DNA of 57,490 nucleotides, from the NCBI GenBank assembly GCA_964514915.1, contig CAZERY010000001.1:1-57490 (forward strand), written 5' to 3'. The stretch comes from an uncultured Hymenobacter sp. (GTDB taxonomy: Bacteria; Bacteroidota; Bacteroidia; Cytophagales; Hymenobacteraceae). A program made the translations under genes and the position numbers. Below the pieces are notes generated by a model that ran no database searches, had not been told where the DNA came from, and saw only the letters and a program-made list of their open reading frames with translations. Positions 18,427 through 26,719 of the stretch are shown here, piece after piece (the first letter of the stretch is position 1; the number at the start of each line of letters is the position of its first letter).

Positions 18427-19722
18427 TTATTTTTTTAATTCAGCCTGGAGCGCCGCGATGACCTCGGGGTTTGGCAGGCAGTTTTTAAACTTGATATTGT
18501 CCAGGATTACCGGCAGGTCGGCCGCACTTTTTACCTCGACGAGGTAGGGCGGCTTGATGCGCAGCAGCGCGGCAATGGGCTGGTCGCTGAAGCGCTTATA
18601 GGTCCAGTTGCACCAGCCGATACCCACGCGGTTGAGGTTGCGGGCAGCCTCCCCCATCCACTGCGCGGTGTTTTCGCCGGTTTCGCCCACCCACACGGGC
18701 ACTTGCTGCGCCTCCCGAAAGCGCACCAGGTTGCCAATGGTGCCGAGCTGGTTGGCGTCGGGGTTGCTGGCGTCGAGGGCGTTGCTGAGTGGGTATTTGG
18801 GCAAAATGCTGTAGCGGTGCGCGTTGTACACCAGGTTTTGCTGGTGGGTGAAAGTCTGCTTCTCCAGCGCGTTGTAGTTGTTGCCAAAGCCGTTGCCTTC
18901 CAGTAGCAGCAGGTGCTGGTCGCCCTGGGCGCGCACCGTGTTGATGAGCCGCTCAAGCATCGCGTGGATGGGCGGGTTACCGCCGGGTACGTTGTTGGGC
19001 TCATTCACCAGGTCGTACATCGCGATGCGGCCGTCGTGGCGGTAGCGCCGGGCCAGCATCGCCCACAGGCCGTTGGTCATATCCTGGTACACCGGCTCTT
19101 GCCAGAAGTCGTTGGGCTGCAAGGCATCGGCAATGTTGACGTCGGTGCCCTGCGCGCCGGGCGCGGCGTGCAGGTCGAGCACCACGTAAAGCTTATTGGC
19201 GGCGCCCCAGGCCAGCGTCTGGTCGATGAGGCGGATGGCGTCGAGCTGCGACGGCTCGCGAAACAGCTCGCCTTTTTGCTGCCATTCCTTCAGCCTGGCT
19301 ACGTAGTCGGCATACGGTACGGTGCCCCGAATCACGCCGTTGCGCACCGCCCGCTGGCTGGGAGTGAGAAACAGATCATAGTGCAGCGGCAGCCGGATGC
19401 AGTTAAATCCCTGCTGGGCAATGAAATCAATATCGGCCTTGGTGATAAAGTTAGCCCGGTATTGCTGGTAGAAGTCTTCCACCGCCGCGTCGCTCAGGCC
19501 CGCCTGGTAAAGCACCTTCTTCACCGAGCCCTGGGTGCCGCCGTAGCCGGGCTTCATCATGTAGCCTTCCTGTAAGAGCCAGCCGCCGAGGTTCATGCCT
19601 TGCAGCAGCACCTCATGGTTTTGGGCGTCCACGATTTTGGGGCCGGCGGCGCGCAGCAAAGGGCTAGCCGTGGTTTGGGCAAATGTAGGCAGAGCCAACA
19701 GGCAGAACAGCAGCGTTTTCAT
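18427..19722 (-). CDS. Glycoside hydrolase family 5
   Basis: GMNLGGWLLQEGYM, GFNCIRLP, LDLHAAPG.Q, acid/base LVNEP, nucleophile WVGETG; signal peptide. Confidence 0.9.
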   Translation of the reverse strand: MKTLLFCLLALPTFAQTTASPLLRAAGPKIVDAQNHEVLLQGMNLGGWLLQEGYMMKPGYGGTQGSVKKVLYQAGLSDAAVEDFYQQYRANFITKADIDFIAQQGFNCIRLPLHYDLFLTPSQRAVRNGVIRGTVPYADYVARLKEWQQKGELFREPSQLDAIRLIDQTLAWGAANKLYVVLDLHAAPGAQGTDVNIADALQPNDFWQEPVYQDMTNGLWAMLARRYRHDGRIAMYDLVNEPNNVPGGNPPIHAMLERLINTVRAQGDQHLLLLEGNGFGNNYNALEKQTFTHQQNLVYNAHRYSILPKYPLSNALDASNPDANQLGTIGNLVRFREAQQVPVWVGETGENTAQWMGEAARNLNRVGIGWCNWTYKRFSDQPIAALLRIKPPYLVEVKSAADLPVILDNIKFKNCLPNPEVIAALQAELKK

Positions 19723-19738
19723 AAGGAGTAGGAAAGCG

Positions 19739-19832
19739 TTTCGCACCGAGTCAGGCGGAGTAAAAAAGAGTTTCACTGAGCTAATAATACTCGGCAAAAC
19801 TCCTTTTTTACTCCGCCTGACTCGGTGCGAAA
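19739..19832. repeat. Long inverted repeat (30-bp perfect arms), REP/MITE-like
   Basis: TTTCGCACCGAGTCAGGCGGAGTAAAAAAG (19739-19768) and its exact reverse complement (19803-19832). Confidence 0.9.
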
Positions 19833-19834
19833 AA

Positions 19835-21286
19835 TTAGTTGATAACGTAAGTAGCCATCGAATGAGGCAGGCTGGTGGTGCTCGCCGCCTGGCCCTTTAT
19901 CCAGAGCTGAAACTGCTGGGGCTTGTCGCCGCTGTTCATCACCACCACGGCTACTTTGCCGTCGGTATTGCGGAAGGCGGTGGCTTGCAGCCAATCGCGG
20001 TTGGTAGTGGTGGCGATGCGCTGGGCGCCGGGGCGCACGAACTTCGAGAAGTGCCCGATGTAGTAGTAGGCGTTGGTGTAGAGGAGCTTGCCGGTGCGGG
20101 TGTCGGCGATGACGGGCGCGAAGCAGAAGTTGCCGACGTGGTTGGGGCCGCCGGTTTCGTCGAGCAGCACGTTCCAGTCGGTCCAGCCCACGGTGCCCGC
20201 GTTGAAGTCGTTGATCATCGAGAGGCCGTAACGCTCGCCCAGCCGCCAGTCGTTTACCTGGTCAAGCTTAAAGTTTTCGACGCAGCCTTCGGTAAAGATC
20301 AGGTTGGTAGTAGGATACGTCTCGTGCACGCGCCGCTCATTGTCGAAAAGCATCCCGCTGCCGGTCCAGGTTTCATACCAGTGGTAGCCGATGCCCCACA
20401 CGTACTTGGCAGCCTCGGGGTCGTCGAGCACGGTGCTGGCGCGCTGAAACAGCAAGTCGCGGTTGTGGTCCCAGGCAATGAGCTTTTTCTCCGCCAAGCC
20501 ATTTTTTTGTAGCGTTGGCCCGAGGTATTCCTTGATGAAATCGCGCTCCTCCTCGGCCGTGTACAGGCACGACTCCCACTTCTGGGTTGCCATCTCCTCG
20601 TTTTGCACCGTGAGGCCCCAAATGGGAATCCCGAGCGCCTCGTAGGCGTGAATAAACTTGACGTAGTAATCGGCCCAGGGCTGGCGGAATTGCGGCAGCA
20701 GCTTGCCGCCGTGCAGCAGGTCGTGGTTGGTTTTCATGAACGCCGGCGGCGTCCAGGGGCTCACAAACAGGGTGAGCTGGCCGCCCGCCGCGGCCGTAGC
20801 CTGCTTGATAAACGGAATGCGGTACTTCTCGTCGTGCTTCACGCTGAAGCTCCGCAGGCTAGCGTCGCCCTCCTTGATGTAGGTATAGCTGGCAGTCGAA
20901 AAGTCGCAGCTGCCGATGCTCGTGCGCGCCAGCGTGTAGCCGATGCCCGCCGTGGGGCTGTAGCAGGCCTGCATAAATTCCTGCTGCTGCGCTTTGGGCA
21001 GCTTGTAGAACGTCTCAGCCGAGGCGTCGGTGAGCGCTCCGCCGATGCCGAGCAGCGTCTGGAAGGAGTGGCCAGGGTCAACAAACACGCACACCTGCGT
21101 TTCGGCGGGTTGGCCCGCGGGCTGAAAATCGAGGCTGGCGCCCGCCGTCAGGCGCTGGTCGGTACCCTGGGCGGTAGTGAATACCTGCGCCTTTTTGCCG
21201 GCGGCTGAGTAAGAGGTAGGCTGGGCCACCGCCTGGCCCAGGCCCAGCGCCGAAAGCAGCAGGGCCGGAAAAAACTTCGTGGTCAT
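19835..21286 (-). CDS. Glycoside hydrolase family 30 (glucosylceramidase/SrfJ-like), GH30a
   Basis: Q...G.GGALTDA, IGSCDFS, SPWTPP.FMKTN, TVQNE, WDHN, FTEGC, GHFSKFVRPGA. Confidence 0.92.
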   Translation of the reverse strand: MTTKFFPALLLSALGLGQAVAQPTSYSAAGKKAQVFTTAQGTDQRLTAGASLDFQPAGQPAETQVCVFVDPGHSFQTLLGIGGALTDASAETFYKLPKAQQQEFMQACYSPTAGIGYTLARTSIGSCDFSTASYTYIKEGDASLRSFSVKHDEKYRIPFIKQATAAAGGQLTLFVSPWTPPAFMKTNHDLLHGGKLLPQFRQPWADYYVKFIHAYEALGIPIWGLTVQNEEMATQKWESCLYTAEEERDFIKEYLGPTLQKNGLAEKKLIAWDHNRDLLFQRASTVLDDPEAAKYVWGIGYHWYETWTGSGMLFDNERRVHETYPTTNLIFTEGCVENFKLDQVNDWRLGERYGLSMINDFNAGTVGWTDWNVLLDETGGPNHVGNFCFAPVIADTRTGKLLYTNAYYYIGHFSKFVRPGAQRIATTTNRDWLQATAFRNTDGKVAVVVMNSGDKPQQFQLWIKGQAASTTSLPHSMATYVIN

Positions 21287-21333
21287 CGAAAGAAATTCGG
21301 GTGGGAAAAGATGCGGGGGCTCACCCCCGCGGC

Positions 21334-21341
21334 CAAATGTA
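21334..21341 (-). promoter_or_regulatory. -7 element TACATTTG for GH30a
   Basis: TAnnTTTG on the minus strand, 47 nt upstream of ATG 21286. Confidence 0.5.
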
Positions 21342-21377
21342 CGGGGCTACCGCGCTACCAAACAGCAAAATAATTGC

Positions 21378-21571
21378 CGCTTGGCTTTGGGGCTAAATAA
21401 GAAGCTTGGTTGGGCCCGGCCCGCGGCTGGGCAGAGCTGCCACGTATAGTGCAGCAGCTGGACGCTGCCCCCGGTGAGGCAGTAGCCAAAGCCAGTCATC
21501 GTCTGGGAGCACGGCCCCGCTAGCTGTCCCCTTTTTAAACGCGAGGTGGCCCGGCTGCGGCTGCAACAGCT
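21378..21571 (-). pseudogene. Internally deleted relic copy of the GH30b gene and its 3' flank
   Basis: 21378-21448 matches 26665-26731; 21449-21510 matches 27863-27924; 21511-21571 matches 27948-28008. Confidence 0.9.
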
Positions 21572-21592
21572 AGCAATGCTCGTTACCAAGCC

Positions 21593-21626
21593 AAAAAGAG
21601 GCTCCCGTGTCGGGAAGCCTCTTTTT
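21593..21626 (-). terminator. Rho-independent terminator after lipoprotein gene
   Basis: AAAAAGAGGCT-CCCG-TGT-CGGG-A-AGCCTCTTTTT. Confidence 0.8.
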
Positions 21627-21651
21627 AGTGTGTACTACCGGCGTTGCCGGG

Positions 21652-22101
21652 CTATTGCGCCGTATACGTTATTTCGACCACGGTGCCGGTCCCCGATAAG
21701 ATATTGGGGACAGTTATGATAAGCGTGGTGTCGGTGAGCGTGCCGATGACACCCTCCAACACCTTCCCATCCGAATCAATTATTTTAAGCACGGTTTCGC
21801 TGGTGGTGAAGTCCCATGAACCCCCGCTAGTCTGGGGCGAGGCAAGGTCGCACTTGAGGGCGCCTTCGTTGAAGGTAATGGACTTGTCGGTATTGAATTT
21901 CAGGAGATCGTCCTTCTCGCAGGCCTTAATAACGGTATCGAAACCGCTTGTGCCATCTACTTTAAAATCAGTCTCCTTCCAGGCTTTGGCGGTCAACAGG
22001 TCCGTTTTGGAAGGCGCAGGCTTGGGATCGTCAAATTGGCAGCTAGTCAGGTTGGTTAGGATGAACGCCGCAGTGAGGAGGTGAAGAAGTTGTTTTTTCA
22101 T
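21652..22101 (-). CDS. Lipoprotein, lipocalin-like domain
   Basis: Lipobox LTSC; KTDLLTAKAWK, CEKDD...F, G.W pattern typical of Bacteroidota lipocalin-like lipoproteins. Confidence 0.78.
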   Translation of the reverse strand: MKKQLLHLLTAAFILTNLTSCQFDDPKPAPSKTDLLTAKAWKETDFKVDGTSGFDTVIKACEKDDLLKFNTDKSITFNEGALKCDLASPQTSGGSWDFTTSETVLKIIDSDGKVLEGVIGTLTDTTLIITVPNILSGTGTVVEITYTAQ

Positions 22102-22303
22102 GGGGTAAAGCTGGAGAAAAGGTGAGAGAAAAAGAGGTATTTTAAGGATGATACGGAGCGAAAACAGGCGTTTTGGCTAAATAAAAACTTGATAGTCAGT
22201 ACATAGGCTGGAAGAGAGGTTCGGCGGTGGCGTAGCCAGCGGTGGACTTCCCGTCTGGCTACCCGTTGGTGGGAAGCTCATGCAGGCCTTTGGCACCCTT
22301 TCC

Positions 22304-23734
22304 TTAAAAACTCCGGTAACCAAACCGGTAGCGCAGCCCAAAGCTGAAGCCCGCCGTCAGGTAGGTGCCGGGCTCAGAGCCGTAGGAGCTAACTTGAGAT
22401 AAAGTTTGCAAGTCCTTGATCAGGACAAATTCAGTGGTGGCCTGTAGCCGACGGCGGCGGCCAAACGCGTAGCTGGCATCGAAGCCCAAGTCCGCGTGCA
22501 GGCTGAAGGCCTGGCGCTGGAACCCGAAGCTTTCCTGGGGCGTGACCTGGTGGTTAACAATGGCGTATTCGTGGAAACTAACGGCCGACCATACGGGCAC
22601 CACGCCACTCAGCACATCGAACTGAAACCGGTGCAGGAAAACAGGGCTGAGCGCATAGCGTAGCAGCACGGGCAGGGCTAGGCCGCGCTGCCGCAGGGTT
22701 TGATTAGGCACCGTGAAGGTGCCGGTGGGCGTTTCGAAGACCGTGCCCCCGAGCTCGTTAGGGAAGGTTTCGCTGTACTGAAACCCTAGCTGCACGGCAA
22801 AGCGTGGCGCCCAACGGTAGCCCGCGTACACGTAAGGCACTGCTCCCTGCGCTACATCCTGCACGTAGTCGCCGTAGCCTCTTGTTGGGTAGCTGGTCGT
22901 TTGCGTTTCGGAGGGAGACGTCCTAACGCTTGGGGCCGGGTACGGATTCTGTTCCGAATAGCGCATATGGTAGGAATAGGTGCCTTGTGCCACGCCGACG
23001 TAGAACCGGGGCTGCGACGTTACCATATCGTTGGCGGGGGCCAGGGGCCGGACGTATTTCGTCGGTTGCTGCCCCAGCAGCAGGCCGATGCGCAGGCTAC
23101 CAGCCGGCGTTATAAGCGGCTCGCCGGCTCGGAGCAGCGTCGCTACGCCGACATTGGCATCGACGAAGCCGTGGCGGCCCAGCCGACGCTGCAAGCCCCA
23201 TAGCAACGCCAGGTCGGCGGTCACGAACTGGCGGCCGTCGTTTGAGTATCGGAAGAAGGACGTTTCCTGCGCCTCCTTGCCCAGCCCAGCTCCGAGCGCA
23301 ACTGACACGTAGTTAGCCGAAAAATTGCGCGCGTTACGCCCCTGGCGCAGCCGCTTTTCCTGGTTGTAATAGTAGCGCCCGGCCACTTGGCCCCGCATGG
23401 TCAGGTGCCAAGAAGCATAGTCGTAGCGCGTCAGTGCCGGGCTCACCTCTGCCAGTACCGACCAGGTCGGGCTGCGCAGCTTGCGCTCATAGGCCAGGTG
23501 AAAGCCATAGCGGACGGACGGCGCGAAGTTATTTAGCCCCAGTTTCCACCAGCTGCGCTGTTCTTCCTGCACCCGCAGCGGCACGTCGGCGGTGGGCAGT
23601 AAACTCACTTCTTCACTGTATTTCAGGTGCGTCGTGTCGGGCACGGTCTGGGCAGCAGCGTGCCACGCGGGGCCCACCAGCAGGCCCACCCAGTACAGAA
23701 ACCGACGACCACGAAAAGGATGCAGAATAGCCAT
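22304..23734 (-). CDS. Hypothetical outer-membrane protein, probably two beta-barrel-like modules
   Basis: Signal-like N-terminus; RYYYN..KR, WGLQRRLG..GF.D, LPVLLRY, C-terminal FGLRYRF. Confidence 0.65.
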   Translation of the reverse strand: MAILHPFRGRRFLYWVGLLVGPAWHAAAQTVPDTTHLKYSEEVSLLPTADVPLRVQEEQRSWWKLGLNNFAPSVRYGFHLAYERKLRSPTWSVLAEVSPALTRYDYASWHLTMRGQVAGRYYYNQEKRLRQGRNARNFSANYVSVALGAGLGKEAQETSFFRYSNDGRQFVTADLALLWGLQRRLGRHGFVDANVGVATLLRAGEPLITPAGSLRIGLLLGQQPTKYVRPLAPANDMVTSQPRFYVGVAQGTYSYHMRYSEQNPYPAPSVRTSPSETQTTSYPTRGYGDYVQDVAQGAVPYVYAGYRWAPRFAVQLGFQYSETFPNELGGTVFETPTGTFTVPNQTLRQRGLALPVLLRYALSPVFLHRFQFDVLSGVVPVWSAVSFHEYAIVNHQVTPQESFGFQRQAFSLHADLGFDASYAFGRRRRLQATTEFVLIKDLQTLSQVSSYGSEPGTYLTAGFSFGLRYRFGYRSF

Positions 23735-23753
23735 GGCAAGGAAGCGGTGTAGA

Positions 23754-24695
23754 TTAGAATTGCGTAGCAAGGGGTTGGGTTTGCAAGGTCAGCGGCGCGT
23801 AGGAAGTGGTTATCCGCACCACCGGCCGGGAGCTGGCAGCGGGCTTGGTGGTTAAGGAGCCGCTGCTGGCGCTCACTTTCTTAGCTGCTGCGTAGGCCGG
23901 CGGCACGGTGAGCTCGCCCTGCGAAACCTGGAGGTGATAGGTGAAGAGTGCGGGCTCAGTAGCGCTGACCACTACTTCCGTGCGGTCGGCCTCTACCGTA
24001 AGCTTGCGCAGGCCCACGGCGGGCTGCACCCGGACGCTGCCGTAGTAGTTGCGCACAAAGCAGCTTCCCCCCAGCTCCAGCAGCTGTACGGCCGACTTAT
24101 TGGCTTCGCAGGTGAAGTCGGCCTGCACGTTGGTGGCCGCCAAGTCGGCGTAGCGGGCCGTGGCTGTGAGGGTGCCACGCAGGTTGCGCAGGGTAATCTG
24201 CCCAAAATTTTGCGTCAACTGCTGCGGGCCGCTAAGGTCGGTGAGCGTGGTTTGGCCGTAGGCATTCACCACTTGCAGCGAGTTGGCGGTGGGCATCAGC
24301 ACGGTATACTCCGCCCGCAGGTCGCTGCGTACAGCGGGCGAGCCCAAGGGCAGCACAAACAGGTTGATGAGGTCCAGCACGTTGCCGTTTTGCTGGAGCC
24401 GGTACTGGGCCACGGCTAGGTCCTGCACGGCTACGGCGCGCTCGGGGTGGCGGGCACTCAGGCGCAGGGTCACCTGCACGGTGGGCCGGTCCCAGCCGCG
24501 CACCTGTACGCTGGCCTTTTCGGCCCGGATGTGCACGGCCATGCCGGGGGGGCAGCTCCAGGTTTGCTCCACGGTACGCGTCACGACCTGGACCCGCTGC
24601 TGGGCGTGCCCGGCGGGCAGCGTCAGCAGCCCGAGTAGCACCGCTAGCGTGGCCAAGCGCCCCCAGCTTCTGAACAAGTATACAAGCGCTATCAT
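23754..24695 (-). CDS. Secreted DUF4097/adhesin-like beta-repeat protein
   Basis: Signal peptide, VQVRGWDR..VQV, YTVLMP, repeated N.YG/NFG motifs; ATGA overlap with upstream gene. Confidence 0.7.
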   Translation of the reverse strand: MIALVYLFRSWGRLATLAVLLGLLTLPAGHAQQRVQVVTRTVEQTWSCPPGMAVHIRAEKASVQVRGWDRPTVQVTLRLSARHPERAVAVQDLAVAQYRLQQNGNVLDLINLFVLPLGSPAVRSDLRAEYTVLMPTANSLQVVNAYGQTTLTDLSGPQQLTQNFGQITLRNLRGTLTATARYADLAATNVQADFTCEANKSAVQLLELGGSCFVRNYYGSVRVQPAVGLRKLTVEADRTEVVVSATEPALFTYHLQVSQGELTVPPAYAAAKKVSASSGSLTTKPAASSRPVVRITTSYAPLTLQTQPLATQF

Positions 24696-25381
24696 GAGAT
24701 AAGTAGGTGAACTAGTTGGCGAGTGAAAGAGGCTTTCAGGGTGACCAGGCGGGCTTGCTCCCGGAGTAATTCTGGGGAAGGGCCGAAGCGACGGGCCGCC
24801 TGGCGCAGCTGCGCTTCCTGGCTCTCTACCTCCTGCAATTGGGTGCGCAACGTGCGAAATTCCCTCGATTGGCACACCACGGGCTGCGAAGAGCAGTGCG
24901 CCTCTGCGAAGGATAATCCTTGCGCCTCCAGGGAGTCGGCTGCTGGGGCTGGTAGCAGCGGCGGGCTAGCTTCCTCACTGAACGTCAGGGTTTCATAGGC
25001 CACCGCGGGCCTCGAAGTAGTGGGGCGCACCTGCCACCAGCCGATGCCCACCAGCAACAGTAGGCTGGCCGCCAGGGCCAACACCCGGCGCGCCGTGCGG
25101 GCGGGCCACAGGGCCCGCACCACGGCGGGCCGGGCGGGCGCCGCCGTAGGCGCGGCTGCTACCGCCACCGTATCCAGCCGCGCGGCAATGCTGGCCCACA
25201 GGTCTTCATCGGGCTCGTGCGCCGGTAGCGTGGGCAAGGCCTGGGCCAGCGCCGCATCGGCCGCTAGCTGAGCCTCGATACGCGCCCAGGTAGCTGGGTC
25301 GGGCTCGTGGGCTGGCAGCGTATGCAGCGCCCGCTGCAGGTTGGCCCCGCCAGGTTCGGAGGTTTCAAAAATCTGGCTCAT
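24692..25381 (-). CDS. Putative membrane anti-sigma factor
   Basis: Two LPAHEPD...WA.I.A.L repeats, single TM (ALAASLLLLVGIGWW), C-terminal coiled coil; coupled to ECF sigma by ATGA overlap. Confidence 0.7.
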   Translation of the reverse strand: MSQIFETSEPGGANLQRALHTLPAHEPDPATWARIEAQLAADAALAQALPTLPAHEPDEDLWASIAARLDTVAVAAAPTAAPARPAVVRALWPARTARRVLALAASLLLLVGIGWWQVRPTTSRPAVAYETLTFSEEASPPLLPAPAADSLEAQGLSFAEAHCSSQPVVCQSREFRTLRTQLQEVESQEAQLRQAARRFGPSPELLREQARLVTLKASFTRQLVHLLIS

Positions 25382-25923
25382 TGGTAGAGGTACTGAAGTT
25401 TGCGCTGGAGCAAGCGCTTGGCGTGGTAGAGCTGCGATTTGCTGGTGCCTTCGGCAATACTCAGCAGCTCAGCTGTTTCGCTATGGGTGTAGCCTTCCAC
25501 CTCGATCAGGCAGAACACGGCCCGATAGCCGGCTGGCAGCTCCCCAATGGCCTGGTCCAGGGCCTCGCCCGTGAGGCTATCGTGCCAGGGCACTGTGGGC
25601 TCAGGGTGGCGGTCCTGGTCATATACTTCCATGCGGTGCTCGTGCCGCAGGGTGCGCAGGGCCCGCCGCACCACGATTGTTTTCATCCAGGCCCCCAGCG
25701 TTGATTGCCGCTGAAAACCCGTGAGGCCCTGGAAAATATCGACGAAGGCTTCCTGCAACGCATCCTGGGCCAGGGCCCGGTCGCCGAGAATCCGTAACGC
25801 CGAAGAGAACATCGCCGTCTTGTAGGACTGATACAGGCGGTACTGCGCCTGGCGGTCTTGCGCCAGGCAGCCCACCAGTAGGGACTGTTCTTCGGAAGAT
25901 AGTGGAATTGGCGAGTCGGGCAC
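25378..25923 (-). CDS. ECF RNA polymerase sigma factor (GTG start inferred)
   Basis: AQDALQEAFV.IF, LGAWMKTIVV, LPAGYRAVF.L..VEGY.H.E.A.LL.I.EGTSKSQL. Confidence 0.93.
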   Translation of the reverse strand: MPDSPIPLSSEEQSLLVGCLAQDRQAQYRLYQSYKTAMFSSALRILGDRALAQDALQEAFVDIFQGLTGFQRQSTLGAWMKTIVVRRALRTLRHEHRMEVYDQDRHPEPTVPWHDSLTGEALDQAIGELPAGYRAVFCLIEVEGYTHSETAELLSIAEGTSKSQLYHAKRLLQRKLQYLYQ

Positions 25924-26289
25924 GAACCTAGTAGAAATTCTGTACCCCAAAGTGCCAGCCCGCTACCAAAAGGTTGGTTGGGAAAAAATATTTCCCCTGG
26001 ATTACCAAAAACCGCCTTGCCGCCGGTGAGCTGCCCCTGCACTAGCAGCCATCGCCTTATCCCAGGTAACCAGCCGACGTGGCTGCTGCATTGGCTAGAT
26101 GGCTGTGCTTTAAGAACCCGTGCAGGGCTACAAACAGCCCACCGCTAAAATCGTCACGCACTTTCGCTGGTCCGAGCGCGGGCCGCGCCGTAATCTCCAT
26201 CGCTGGCCGAGCTGCTGCAATAATCTCTTCTCTGTGCGTAGATGCGGTGCCCTGGTACTCATCGCCGGGGGTACTCATTGTCGTAGGTT

Positions 26290-26610
26290 CCCCGGCCCAG
26301 TGGCCGCGCACGAGTCGGGCGTACACCGCCGGGCCGGGGGCGGCCAAGGAGCTACACCGCCGGCTGCCTCAAGGGTGTCGAGCAGGGCCGGAATCGCCGT
26401 TTTCTCGTTCTTTTTGGCCCCAATCTGCGCTTGGCCAAAACTCAGGTGGGCGTCGGCCACCCAGACGCTGACCGTGCGCACCAGGGCCTGGCGCTGGCCG
26501 GCGGGGGTAGTGGCGCGGTGTGCCTTGCCATCGACGCACAGCTGCCGCCCCGCCAGCGACCCGGCACAGGCCCGCAGGCTCTGTTCCAACTCTTCGAGGC
26601 GAAATAGTCC
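26290..26610 (-). mobile_element. ISAs1-family transposase relic (internally deleted, frameshifted)
   Basis: QLCVDGK..R, TVSVW, GQ..IGAKKNEKTAIPALLDTL (ISAs1 DGK and NE..AIP.LL motifs), then ARLVRGHW in another frame. Confidence 0.8.
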
Positions 26611-26719
26611 ATCCCCGAAACTAGCCTGCGACCTCCTTGCTTTTGGTGCGGAAGCCCTGGTTATCGCTTGGCTTTGGGGCTAAATAGGAAGCTTGGGCCC
26701 GGCTCGCGGCTGGGCAGAG

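Noticed and set aside
21347..21589. 80-aa ORF as a real small gene
   Set aside because: It is the chimeric relic of GH30b fragments, with a frameshifting 23-bp deletion
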